A stretch of 64,000 nucleotides of DNA, from contig CP110440.1 in NCBI GenBank assembly GCA_026914245.1, positions 2,852,001-2,916,000 of the forward strand. The letters run 5' to 3'. Under the pieces are notes generated by a model. The model was given only the letters and a program-made list of their open reading frames with translations. It was not told where the DNA came from and did no database searches. Shown one piece after another: positions 26,434 to 40,055 of this stretch (position 1 is its first letter; each line of letters starts with the position of its first letter). This stretch comes from Puccinia triticina (taxonomy: Eukaryota). A program made the translations under genes and the position numbers.

Positions 26434-27196
26434 TGTTGTTAGTGATAGGGGCAAAGCTCTCCGTCTGTTTAAAGGCGCCTTTTATCTTGATTTTCGGAAT
26501 ACCAACACGAGTCAGCAGCTACCAAATTAGACCCTTAGGGAGGACCCTTTCAAACCCTTAGCGCCCCTCAGGGTCGCTCTCAACCATCAGCCGCAAGCAA
26601 TAAAAGAGATGGTGGCGGTAAGTTTTACTACTGTGTATTGGGCCCGTTGTTAGGCGCAAGAGCGTTAACCTCTTGTTGCACTGGTGATAAAACCCAACTA
26701 ACGAGGAGAAGGGCCGATGGGTAGGAGATTTTTCTTCTCTCGGTTTTTCAGATAGAAATCAATCTTGCATTCCAGCATGTTTAAGGGATTTATTAGTCAG
26801 CACCTCTGTTGAATAACAATCTTGCTTGAAGATGAGCCTCAATTGATTATCAAAACTATCACCGATTAAATACTCCGCGTTCGTTGAAACGGGTTATCTT
26901 GGCTTGTAAGACTATTGCAGGATGTTGAACAACATACCACAACACAACTCTGCGGGATTAAATGTTGTAACATCCTTTTCGCAACGCCAAGGCGTCACCA
27001 TGCGAGGCTCGAGTTTTTTTTTTGACTAAAAAGATCATTCAGTTTAGGAGTGATAATTTTAATTCCCTTCAAGGTGAAAGACAAGGATTATAAGGCACAA
27101 AACATATTCCAATTCCCACAACAACTGGTAGAAGTGTAATTTTGACAAGAGCTAAAGATCAATCTTGAATTGAAATGAAACTACGCTTAGGGCCAT

Positions 27197-28315
27197 TAGC
27201 GTAATTCGAACGGCCCCCAGTTATCCCGGACGTCACCTGAAAACAAACCGGAATAAGAATATATTTTTATCAAACGGTTTGACGTCGAGAACTTACGTTT
27301 ACAATTAACCTGCCAGTCTTAATATTGAAGCCAATGATATAACCAACAAACCTGATTTGAATACCCGGTTCCAACCTGACAAAGTCATCAATTGGAATGC
27401 GAGAACTGTCAAGGAGGTACTTGGCATAAAATTTTCCAGAAGTTGCGTCCTAGGAGCATGTCAATACTAATACAATGGATAAACAAATGCGGGAGTCCGC
27501 TCACATCTGACTTGTGGCCAACAATAACTTGCACCCTGATTGCTAATCCATTTGTAAAATCAAGTTTTGATTCCAGGGAGTGCTGATTCAACCACATCAA
27601 CATTTGTCCGCTTGGCCCAAGGCAGCCAGTGCCTCATTGTGATGTCAACAGTTACCGTGTTCCATAAACACGCCTCCACTGAGGGTGCATTCCAATCAAA
27701 AGTTAAGCAGTGAAATCCGTGCTTGGCCAAGTCAGCCTCCATTTCCCTCTTAAGGTGGATTGAAACTGGTGAGCTCAAGAGAAAAGGACTGCTTTGGCAG
27801 TTCACACCAACAAGGCGGCTTTTGAGGTGTTTGACCTCCTTCTTGCGGATCAGTTGGATTTCTTGTTTGTTGGTGTTTGGGTGCTTATCTGTTTCTGTCT
27901 TCAATTGATCAGTGAAGGCAGCCCAGCGGTGCGCTCGCCAAGTGTCCCAACTCGCCAGTTCTTTGCCCAAGACCAATGGCAGAATATCCTCTGGTTTGGC
28001 ATTGCTTGCAAGGCCCATGATACACCTCAAGAAAGCTTGCAGACTACGCATGACTTTCTTCCGATGGTGAGGCCTGTTCTCACATACCTGAGATATGATT
28101 CTCAAAACAGTTTGGTCTGTTTGGCGCTCCTGAGTACGGTTCTTAGCAGACCTTTGGCGGTGGTCGCTCCCCTCAGCTAACTCCGCAAGTGGCACCTCTA
28201 ACAACTCAACATGAATGCAAGGGGTTTGAGGTTGTCACCATTGTGAGATTTATTAGTTTCTAGGGTGGGAAGGGCAGGCCGCAGAACAAATCACCTCCGG
28301 TACTTCTTTTGATGG
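27197..28315 (-). pseudogene. 3' part of a gene split by the giant CACTA element (first codons at 53823-53871)
   Basis: ORF 27560-28197 plus further small exons; intron 28198-28294; homologous to the 3983 gene (RSxQxFxxCxxG; FDW...WN). Confidence 0.7.
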
Positions 28316-31300
28316 CACTACAAACATGGATGAATTTGGGAAAGCATATATTGATCAATATGGCATATATTGATCAAATTATATTGATCATTTTTTTTTT
28401 TTTTTTTTTTGAAATTTCTCTTCAATCTGTTTCCTTCCTGCAACATCATAACCCCTCTATCATCTCTCTTTCTCTTGATTTCCTCCTTTCTTAGTTTTCA
28501 ACCATAGTAAAAGCTTTATTTTGTTGGCAGATCAAAGAGTCATTTTTACATACTCATATGAATTATTCCTGAGAAAAAATAGTTTGTTAAGTCAGGCAGG
28601 GAGGGGAAGGGGGGAGGAGGAATGGGAAGGCATGAATTATTGTCACTTGAACCTTGCGGAAGTGTTGAAATCTACTTTCCAAAAAAAAAAAAAAAAATAA
28701 ATAAATAAATAAATAAAAAACAATCAGTCTCAATATATCATGCTACATCAATTTTGTTCAAAGTTAATGGTTTGTATATGTGACTCATCATATCCAATAT
28801 CCTAAATTTCTACTAGGCTTGAGATTGATTTGACGTTTGTACCAGATTTGAGTAAGGTGTCTTATATCATGGGAGAACTCCCACGCTGTGCTGAGATATA
28901 GTGGGAGAAACACCAGGAAACTACCAAATCAGTGATATTTGGCAACTGATCACATTGTGGTTGCTGCATTTGGGGGTTTTGAGGTCATTCAAGGTACACC
29001 ATGATCCGTTGAGACCATTTGATCATTTTTGTACCAATATCATGGAAGAACTCCCACGCTGCGCTGAGATATAGTGGCAGAAACACCAACAAACTACCAA
29101 ATTAGTGATATTTGGCAACCAATCACATTGTAGCTGCTACATTTGGGGGTTTTGTGGTCATTCAAGGTACAAAGTGAATCTTTAAGGGCATGTGAACAGT
29201 TTGGTACCAATATCATGGAAGAACTCCCACGCTGCGCTGAGATATAGTGGCAGAAACACCAAGAAACTACCAAATTAGTCATATTTGGCAACTGATCACA
29301 TTGTGGCTGCTACATTTGGGGGTTTTGTGGTCATTCAAGGTACAAATTGGGACTTTGAGGGCATGTGAACATTTTGGTACCAATATGATGGAAGAGCTCC
29401 CACGCTGCGCTGAGATATAGTGGCAGAAACACCAAGAAAATACCAAATTAGTCATATTTGGCAACTGTTCACATTGTGGCTGCTACATTTGGGGGTTTTG
29501 TGGTCATTCAAAGTACAAAATGAATCTTTGACCACATTTTTTCATTTTGGTACCAATATCATGGAAGATCCTCTCACGCTGCGCTGAGATATAGTGGCAG
29601 AAACACCAAGAAACTACCAAATTAGTCATATTTGGCAACTGATCACATTGTGTCTGCTACATTTGGAGGTTTTGAGGTCATTCAAGGTACACCATGATCC
29701 GTTACAGCCATTTTATCATTTTTGTACCAATATCATGGAAGAACTCCCACGCTGCGCTGAGATATAGTGGCAGAAACACCAAGAAACAACCAAATTAGTG
29801 GTATTTGACAACTGATCACATTGTGGCTGCTACATTTGGACGTTTTGAGGTCATTCAAGGTACACAATGAATCTTTGAGGGCATGTAAACATTTTGGTAC
29901 CATTACCATGGAGGAAATCACATGCTGCGCCGAGATATAGTGGCAGAAACACCAAGAAACTACCAAATTAGTCATATTTGGCAACTGATCACATTGTGGC
30001 TGCTACATTTGGGGGTTTTGTGGTCATTCAAGGTACAAATTGGGACTTTGAGGGTATGTGAACATTTTTGGTACCAATATCATGGAAGAACTCCCACGCT
30101 GCAATGAGATTTAGTGGGAGAAACACCAAGAAACTACCCAATTAGTGATGTTTGGCAACTGATCACATTGTGGCCGCTACATTTGGAGGTTTTGAGGTCA
30201 TTCAAGGTACACCATGATCCCTTGAGGCCATTTAATCATTTTTGTACCAAGATCATGGAAGAACTCCCATGCTGCGCTGAGATATAGTGGCAGGAACACC
30301 AAGAAACTACCAAATTAGTCATAATTGGCAACTGATCACATTGTGGCTGCTACATTTGGCGGTTTTGTGGTCATTCAAGGTACACACTGAATCTTTGAGA
30401 GCATGTCAACATTTTGGTACTAATATCATGGAAGAACTTTCATGCTGCGCTGAGATATAGTTGCAGAAACACCAAGAAACTACCAAATTAGTCATATTTG
30501 GCAACTGATCACATTGTGGCTGCTACATTTGGGGGTTTTGTGGTCATTCAAGGTGCAGATTGGGACTTTGAGGGTATGTGAACATTTTGGTACCAATATC
30601 ATGGAAGAACTCCCACGCTGCAATGAGATTTAGTGGGAGAAACACCAAGAAACTACCCAATTAGTGATGTTTGGCAACTGATCACATTGTGGCCGCTACA
30701 TTTGGAGGTTTTGAGGTCATTCAAGGTACACCATGATCCCTTGAGGCAATTTGATCATTTTTGTACCAAGATCATGGAAGAACTCCCATGCTGCGCTGAG
30801 ATATAGTGGCAGGAACACCAAGAAACTACCAAATTAGTCATAATTGGCAACTGATCACATTGTGGCTGCTACATTTGGCGGTTTTGTGGTCATTCAAGGT
30901 ACACACTGAATCTTTGAGGGCATGTCAACATTTTGGTACTCATATCATGGAAGAACTCCCACGCTGCAATGAGATTTAGTGGGAGAAACACCAAGCAACT
31001 ACCCAATTAGTGATGTTTGGCAACTGATCACATTGTGGCCGCTACATTTGGAGGTTTTGAGGTCATTCAAGGTACACCATGATCCCTTGAGGCCATTTGA
31101 TCATTTTTGTACCAAGATCATGGAAGAACTCCCATGCTGCGCTGAGATATAGTGGCAGAAACACCAAGAAACTACCAAATTAGTCATATTTGGCAACTGA
31201 TCACATTGTGGCTGCTACATTTGGGGGTTTTGTGGTCATTCAAGGTACAAATTGGGACTTTGAGGGTATGTGAACATTTTGGTACCAATATCATGGAAGA

Positions 31301-31640
31301 ACTCCCACGCTGCAATGAGATTTAGTGGGAGAAACACCAAGAAACTACCCAATTAGTGATGTTTGGCAACTGATCACATTGTGGCCGCTACATTTGGAGG
31401 TTTTGAGGTCATTCAAGGTACACCATGATCCCTTGAGGCCATTTGATCATTTTTGTACCAAGATCATGGAAGAACTCCCATGCTGTGCTGAGATATAGTG
31501 GCAGGAACACCAAGAAACTACCAAATTAGTGATATTTTGCAACTAATCACATTGTGGCTGCTACATTTGGCGGTTTTGTGGTCATTCAAGGTATAAATTG
31601 GGACTTTGAGGGCATGTGAACATTTTGGTACCAATATCAT

Positions 31641-33873
31641 CACCAGGAAAAATCAGTAGTCACTAGATGACAACTGACATGACACCTGCTCCAGCTGGCT
31701 ATTCAGCCTCTAGTGCAATTTTCACAAGCTGATCCTCAGCTTTGTCCCAGGCCCAGCTGCTGCTCAGCCTTGGCCCAGGCCCAGCTGCTGCTCAGCCTTG
31801 GCCCAGGCCCAGCTGCTGCTCAGCCTTGGCCCAGGCCCAGCTGCTGCTCAGCCTTTGCCTGAGCAACAACGGGCATTGATAAATGCACACCCGTCCCCTG
31901 GGGGCACGCCCACACCCACACCCTCCAAAAAGGGCGTATGGGACCGCACGCCCTTTGGGCCTTTATCAAGGGCATGCGACTCGAAGGGTGTGCGAGGGCG
32001 TGAATGCCCCCACATAGGCGTGCACAAGCGTGCCCCGTGCCTGCTCGCCCAGAGCCCCTTGGTGGGCAGGTGCAAGTACACATACCTGCTTGCCAGGAGC
32101 CCCTTGGCGGGTAGGTGTATGTATCCCTGCTTGCCGAGAAGGATAACTCTAGGCGAGCAGGTATACAAACACCTGCCCGCCGAGCCCCTCGGCGGGCAGG
32201 TGCATGTATACCTGCTTGCCACGAGAAATCCTTGGCGAGCAGGCATACAGATCCCACCTCGCCGAGAGCCTCTTGGCGAGCAGGTATACATACACCTGCC
32301 CACCAACCCTGCTCACCGAGAGCCCCAGGTATACATGCACCTGCTTGCCGAGAGCCTTGCCTACTTGCCGAGAAGGACAACCAAGCAGGTGCATGTATAT
32401 CTGCTCACCGAGAGCCCCTTGGCGGGCAGGTGCATGTATACCTGCTCGCCAAGAGAAATCCTCGGCAAGCAGGCATACAGATCCCACCTCGCCAAGAGCC
32501 TCTTGGCGAGCAGGTATGCATACACCTGCCCACCAAGCCTGCTCACCGAGAGCCCCTCGGCAGGCAGGTGCATTTATACCTATTCACCAAGAGAAATCCT
32601 TGGCAAGCAGGCACACAGATCCCACCTCGCCAAGAGCCTCTCGGCGAGCAGGTATACTTGAACCTGCCCGCCAAGGGGCTCTTGGCGAGCAGGCTTGGCG
32701 GGCAGGTGTTTGTATACCTGCTCGCCAAGAGTTATCCTTCTTGGCAAGCAGGCAAGGCTCTTGGCGAGCGGGGATATGTATGCCTGCTCGCCAAGAGATG
32801 TATACCTGCTCGCCAAGGTTTTTTCTTGGCAAGGTGGGATATGTATGCCTGCTTGGCGAGGTGGGATATGTATGCCTGCTCAGCGAGGTGGGATATGTAT
32901 GCCTGCTCGCCGAGGAGGTATAAGTGCACCTGCCCGCCGAGGGGCTCTCGGTAAGCAGGCTTGGTGGGCAGGTGTATGTATACCTGCTCGCCGAGAGGCT
33001 CTCGGCGAGGTGGGATCTGTATGCCTGCTCGCCAAGGATTTCTCTTGGCAAGCAGGTATACATGCACCTGCCCGCCAAGGGGCTCTTGGTGAGCAGGTAT
33101 ACATGCACCTGCTTGCCAAGAGTTGTCTTTCTCGGCGAGTAGGCAAGGCTCTTGGCAAGCAGGTGCATGTATACCTGCTCTCTGAGAGGCTCCGGCGAGG
33201 TTGGATCTGTACCTGCCCGCCAAGGGGCTCTCAGCAAGCAGGTAAACTTGCACCTGCCTGCCGAGGGGCTCTCGGCAAGCAGGTATACTTGCACCTGCCC
33301 GCCGAGGGGCTCTCAGCAAGCAGGTATACTTGCACCTGCCCGCCAAGGGGCTCCCGACAAGCCATGGTGCACGCCCGTGAACGCCCATGTGGGGGCGTGC
33401 ATGCCCTTTGACTCGCACACCCTTGAGAAAGGGTGTGCGGTCCACCTGACCGGCCCGCATAATCCCCCCTTGAAGGATTGTTCCCGCGCGCGCGGGAGAC
33501 ATCCTTCAAGGGTGTGTTACACCCAACCAGCGCCACACGCCCTTTCGAAGGGCATGGGCAAGGGCGTGCCCCGGGGGACGGGTGTGCGCTTATCAACACC
33601 CGTTCTTGCTCAGGCAAAGGCTGAGCCGTGGCTTGTCCTGTGCCAAGACTGAGGGGCAGCTGGGCCTGGGCCCAGGCTGAGTAGCAGCTGTGCCTGGGAC
33701 AAAGCTGAGGAGCAGCTTGTGAAAAATGCAAGCTTGAGGCTTCAGCTGTGCCAAAATGGGCACTGAGCTGTGTGCCAGCCAGCCCTGAACTAGCAGATGG
33801 AGTAGCTTTGGAGCTGAAACCAGAGCTGTGTTATGTCAGTAATCATCAACTGACTACTTTTTTTTTCCTGGTG
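31641..33873. mobile_element. Foldback element (2233 bp), CACCAGG termini, 41-bp hairpin array in the centre
   Basis: CACCAGGAAAAA..AGTAGTCA...TGACTACTTTTTTTTTCCTGGTG; the two halves are inverted about ~32650. No TSD; ~60 bp of the host satellite unit is missing. Confidence 0.85.
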
Positions 33874-36227
33874 GACGTTTGGCAACTGATCATATTGTGG
33901 CTGGTACATTTGGACGTTTTGAGGTCATTCAAGGTACACAATGAATCTTTGAGGGCATTTCAACATTTTGGTACTAATATCATGGAAGAACTCCCATGCT
34001 GCGCTGAGATATAGTGGCAGAAACACCAAGAAACTACCAAATTATTGATATTTGGCAACTGATCACATTGTGGCTGCTACATTTGGGGGGTTTGTGGTCA
34101 TTCAAGGTACAAATTGGGACTTTGAGGGCATGTAAACATTTTGATACTAATATCATGGAAGAACTCCCACGCTGCGCTGAGATATAGTGGCAGAAACACC
34201 AAGAAACTACCAAATTAGTCATATTTGGCAACTGATCACATTGTGGCTGCTACATTTGGGGGTTTTTTGGTCATTCAAGGTACAAATTGAATCTTTGAGG
34301 GCATGTCAACATTTTGGTACCAATATCATGGAAGAAATCCCATGCTGCGCTGAGATATAGTGGCAGAAACACCAAGAAACTACCAAATTAGTCATATTTG
34401 GCAACTGATCACATTGTGGCTGCTACATTTGGGGGTTTTGTGGTCATTCAAGGTACACATTGGGACTTTGAGGGTATGTGAACATTTTGGTACCAATATC
34501 ATGGAGGAACTCCCACGCTGCAATGAGATTTAGTGGGAGAAACACCAAGAAACTACCCAATTAGTGATGTTTGGCAACTGATTACATTGTGGCCGCTACA
34601 TTTGGAGGTTTTGAGGTCATTCAAGGTACATCATGATCCCTTGAGGCCATTTGATCATTTTTTTACTCATATCATGGAAGAACTCCCATGCTGCGCTGAG
34701 ATATAGTGGCAGAAACACCAAGAAACTACCAAATTAGTGATATTTGGCAACTGATCACAATATTGTGGCTGCTACATTTGTGGGTTTTTTGGTCATTCAA
34801 GGTAAACAATGAATCTTTGAGGGCATGTGAAAATTTTGGTACCAATATCATGGAAGAAATCCCACGCTGCAATGAGATTTAGTGGGAGAAACACCAAGAA
34901 ACTTCCAAATTAGTGATCTTTGGCAACTGATCACATTGTGGCTGCTACATTTGGATGTTTTGAGGTCATTCAAGGTACACAATGTATCTTTGAGGGCATG
35001 TGAAAATTTTGGTACCAATATCATGGAAGAACTCACACGCTGCAATGAGATTTAGTGGGAGAAACACCAAGAAACTACCAAATTAGTCATATTTGGCAAC
35101 TGATCACATTGTGGCTGCTACATTTGGGGGTTTTGTGGTCATTCACGGTACACAATGAATTTTTGAGGGCATGTGAAAATTTTGGAACCAGTATCATGGA
35201 AGAACACCCATCCTGGGCTGAGATATAGTGGCAGAAACACCAAGAAACTACCAAATTAGTGATATTTGGCAACTGATCACATTGTGCCTGCTACATTTGG
35301 GGGTTTGGTGGTCATTCAAGGTACACCTTGGTCCCTTGTGGCCATTTGATCATTTTTGTACCAATATCATGGAAGAATCCCATCCTGCGCTGAGATATAG
35401 TGGCAGAAACACCAAGAAACTACCAAATTAGTGATATTTGGCAACTGATCACATTGTGCCTGCTACATTTGGGGGTCTTGTGGTCATTCAAGGTACACAA
35501 TGAATTGTTGAGGGCATGCAAACATTTTGGTACCAATATCATGGAAGAACTCCCATTCTGCGCTGAGATATAGTGGCAGAAACACCAAGAAACTACCCAA
35601 TTAGTGATATTTGGCAACTGATCACATTGTGCCTGCTACATTTGGGGGTTTGGTGGTCATTCAAGGTACACCTTGGTCCCTTGTGGCCATTTGATCATTT
35701 TTGTACCAATATCATGGAAGAATCCCATCCTGCGCTGAGATATAGTGGCAGAAACACCAAGAAACTACCAAATTAGTGATATTTGGCAACTGATCACATT
35801 GTGCCTGCTACATTTGGGGGTCTTGTGGTCATTCAAGGTACACAATGAATTGTTGAGGGCATGCAAACATTTTGGTACCAATATCATGGAAGAACTCCCA
35901 TTCTGCGCTGAGATATAGTGGCAGAAACACCAAGAAACTACCCAATTAGTCATATTTGGCAACTGATCACATTGTGGCTGCTACATTTGGACGTTTTGAG
36001 GTCATTCAAGGTAAACCTTGGTCCCTTCAGGCCGTTTATCATTTTTGTACCAATATCATGGAACAACTCCCATGCTGCACTGAGATATAGTGGTAGAAAC
36101 ACCAAAAAACTACCAAATTCGTGATATTTGGCAACTGATCACGTTGTGGCTGCTACATTTGGGGGTCTTGTGGTCATTCAAGGTACACAATGAATTGTCG
36201 AGGGCATGCAAACATTTTGGTACCAAT

Positions 36228-36975
36228 TGTTGAAACTTGCCTTGACTTGTGACACTTCTCGACAATCCGCGCACTCTATACGCGCTATTCCTCAAGCTCA
36301 CAATCCTGCGCCGCAACTCGCGCAGCCATTCGCAAGCTCAATCTCACCGTTATAAACCTACTCAGCGAACATGTATTGCCTCTCGAGATCTCTCTCTCAC
36401 GCTCCTCATCGACTCCTCAACCTTAATCCTCTGACTCAACATTCAACTTGTCAGTTTGTCGATCAACCCAGCGCCTCTCCTCACTCAAGATCAAGACTCA
36501 AGACTTCTCAAATCTCGATTCCTTGTTGACAAGTCTCCGCAAAGCTTTAGCTTGGACCACCTATTTAGCTTCTCAACTTGGTGAGAAATGCGCCTCGCAT
36601 TTCCCGAATCCTCTCTCTATTTCCTTTCCTCAATCAACTAACTCAATCAATCTTTCATTAGTCACTGTCTTCCGATCTTAGCGCACTCTTTTTCATAGCT
36701 CTATATTGTGTCCTTTTCCACTCATTAGGGTTTGTTCTTTATTCTTCTTTGTTCATCTTCCCTTCGGTCCTCATAATTAATCCTTAAATCTCAACAAATC
36801 AGCTCAACACAACTTCGACACCACTCCAATTCTCAGTTGTTCTTTTACAGATAGCCATCTGTCTCAGGGTTTGTTTTCTCTTCAACTTATTATCTTTATT
36901 GTATCATCTTTTCTCAAATCCTGTTCTCTTTTAGTTTTTGGTCTTTTTCTTTGAAATTCAGTCTCAGGTTCTTTA
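36228..36975 (+). mobile_element. Solo LTR (748 bp) in the satellite
   Basis: TGTTGAAAC...TTCTTTA (terminal CA apparently mutated to TA); exact TSD CCAAT (36223-36227 / 36976-36980). Confidence 0.85.
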
Positions 36976-37215
36976 CCAATATCATGGACGAACTCCCACA
37001 CTGCGCTGAGATATAGTGGGAGAAACACCAGGAAACTAACAAATTAGTGATATTTGGCAACTGATCACATTGTGGCTGCTACATTTGGGGGTTTTGTGGT
37101 CATTCAAGGTACACAATGAATCGTTGAGGGCATTCAAACATTTTTGCACCAATATCATGGAAGAACTCCCACGCTGTGCTGAAATATAGTGGGAGAAACA
37201 CCAGGAAACTACCAA

Positions 37216-37693
37216 CAACAGTGGGCCGCTACGCTACACTACGCTACAGGGCCACTTAGCGTTAGCGTGGCGGCAAAAAGCGCCCGCCCATTTTGAGTAG
37301 TGTTAGCGCGCTGTTAGAGCCACTACGCTGCGCAATGTTTCAGCGGCGCTAACAGCGCGCCAATCGTTTGTTAGTGTTAGCGTGCTGCTACAGTCACTAC
37401 GCTACGCTACGCTGCGCTACAGCGCTTTTAGCGGAAAAAAGGCCTTTTTTTTCAGCTAAAAGCACTGTGGCGCACCGCAGCGCGCGCTCTTTTGCGCCCT
37501 GAGTGTTTAGCGTTAGCGCAATTGCGCGCATCTGCGCTAACACTACGCTAACAGCTAAATTAGCTGCGCACCCTTTGCGCTTAGCGTTGAGGCAGAGAAG
37601 GCACAATTCCGCTAACGCTACGGTAAAATTCAGCGGAATCCCGCTACGCTATGCCACGCTAATGCTACGGTTAGCGTAGCTGGCCCACCGTTG
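37216..37693. mobile_element. MITE (478 bp), 7-bp TSD, same TIR family as 20049
   Basis: CAACAGTGGGCCGCTACG...CGTAGCTGGCCCACCGTTG; TSD CTACCAA / CTCCCAA; interior rich in GCTAC/TAGCG. Confidence 0.85.
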
Positions 37694-39139
37694 CTCCCAA
37701 ATTAGTCATATTTGGCAACTGATCACATTGTGGTTGCTACATTTGGGGGTTTTGTGGTCATTCAAGGTATACAATGAATTGCTGAGGGCATGCAAACATT
37801 ATGGTACCAATATCATGGAAGAACTCCCACGCTGGGCTGAGATATAGTGGGAGAAACACCAGGAAACTACCAAATTAGTGATATTTGGCAACTGATCACA
37901 TTGTGGCTGCTACATTTGGGGTTTTTGTGGTCATTCAAGGTACACCATGTATCCTTGAGGGCATGTGAACATTTTGGTACCAATATCATGGAAGAACTCC
38001 CATGCTGCACTGAGATATAGTGGCAGAAACACCAAGAAACTACCAAATTAGTCATATTTGGCAACTGATCACATTGTGGCTGCTACATTTGGAGGTTTTG
38101 AGGTCATTCAAGGTACACCATGATCCCTTGAGGCCATTTGATCAATTTTATACTAACTAGAGTACAAGGCGGCTTTGCCGCTGCCCCCTCAAGCCTCAAC
38201 CACTCCAAAGCCCCAAGCCCACACCATCACCACGCACCCGGCTGTAGTCTTTGCCCCAATGCAACCCCAGTCACAGATGCAGGATCCATATATTTATGAT
38301 AATTTTAGGAAGTCCTCTCCCAGGATATTTGTGCCTAGATATTTTGAAAATATCTCAGGTTCTAGAATATCACTAGAGGCCAAGGCGGCTTCGCCGCTGC
38401 AAATTTAGGAGTTCAGGGAAAATTTATCATCAGCCCCTTTCCCCATTCTTCTCCACAGGCCAGTAAATGCCCTCTTGAAAGCAAATGTTAAATATGAAAT
38501 GCATTCATAAACTCCAGAATATGTAAAAGGATAGATACATAAATAAAACCCTGAGACCTGTATCAGCATATTATTAAATTTCCTTATCCTATTCCAGTAC
38601 TGATGGGTCTTTTCATTTCAATTTGAATGGACATCTGCATAGCCTGAGTAAGTTAGCCTTGTTGCCTGGAACTGGGAGTTGAATTTGGCGTTGAGGTTAA
38701 ATGGGAATCCTAAAGTACACATGATAAGCTTGATGCCTTCCCATCATTGAGATCAAAATCATATCTGCTGAACAGATTTGTCATTCCACCAGCTCAAATT
38801 TTGACAGTCTCCACTGCTCCATTAGAAAAAGCTTTCAGTTTGCCTAAGTAGCTGGAGAGTTTGAAAGTCCAATATGGCTGTCACTGAGTCTTATTATAAT
38901 TTATTCCAACTTTAAAGTCAGATACAAGAAAAAATTTCAAAACAACAACCCTTGTTTCCTGAGGGAAAAACAAAATCAGATTGATCACTGGTATTCAAAC
39001 AGTGGCATCAAGCAGACCAGAAAACAAGAAAAAAATTAAGGCCAAGGACAGGCAGGCCAGCTTGATAATTGATTGCTACAATGTGGAGCTAGGAAAGATT
39101 TTAACCAGTGAGCAAGGGAGAAGGAATTAAAGAGGTCAA

Positions 39140-40055
39140 GACAGACTGGTCATTGAGGGTAATAACACCTCCTCTTGATGACCGACCATCACCGGTCATC
39201 GAGAGGAGTAGCACCTCCCCTCAATGACTGGTACACACCGGTCATTGAGGGGAATCACACCTCTTGATGACCGGTCTGTACCGGTCATCGAGGGGACTCA
39301 CAGACCGGTCATCAATCACACCTCTTGATGACCGGCGCGGACCGGTCATCAGTCACACCTCCCGATGACCGGCACAGACCGGTCATCAAGGGTAATAAGA
39401 CCCCCTCTTGATGACCGGTCATAACCGGTCATCGAGGGGAGTAACATCTCCTCTCGATGACCGGTCTGTGCCGGTCACCGAGGGGAGTAGCACCTCCTCT
39501 CAATGACCGGCCAGACCGGTCATCAAGGGGAATAACAACTTCTCTGGATGACTGGTGTGTACCGGTCATTGAGGGGAGGTGCTACTCCTCTCGATGAACT
39601 GTCTTTACCGGCCATCGAGGGGACTCACACCTCCTTGTGTTGACCGGTATACACCGGTAATCCAGAGGAGGTGTTATTCCCCTCAATTACCGGTGTGTAC
39701 CAGTCATTGAGGGGAGGTGCTACTCCTCTCGATGACCGGTGTGTCCCGGACATCGAGGGGAGGTGCTACTCCTCTCGATGACCGGTGTGTACCAGTCATT
39801 GAGGGGAAGTGCTACTCCTCTCGATGACCTGTCTTTACCGGCCATCGAGGGGACTCACACCTCCTTGCGTTGACCGGTATACACCGGTCATCGAGAGGAG
39901 GTGTTATTCCCCTCGATGACCGGTGTGTACCAGTCATTGAGGGGAGGTGCTACTCCTCTCGATGACCGGTGTGTACCTGACATCGAGGGGAGGTGCTACT
40001 CCCTCGGTGACCGGCACAGACCGGTCATCAAGGGGAGATGTTACTGGTCACCGAT
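39140..40055. repeat. Tandem array of ~46-bp hairpin units (CTCGATGACCGG...CCGGTCATCGAG)
   Basis: TACTCC recurs at 39721, 39767 and 39813. Confidence 0.9.

Noticed and set aside
31798..33731. Long overlapping ORFs (up to 287 aa) on both strands
   Set aside because: They are by-products of a GC-rich, stop-poor 41-bp palindromic repeat in a foldback element.
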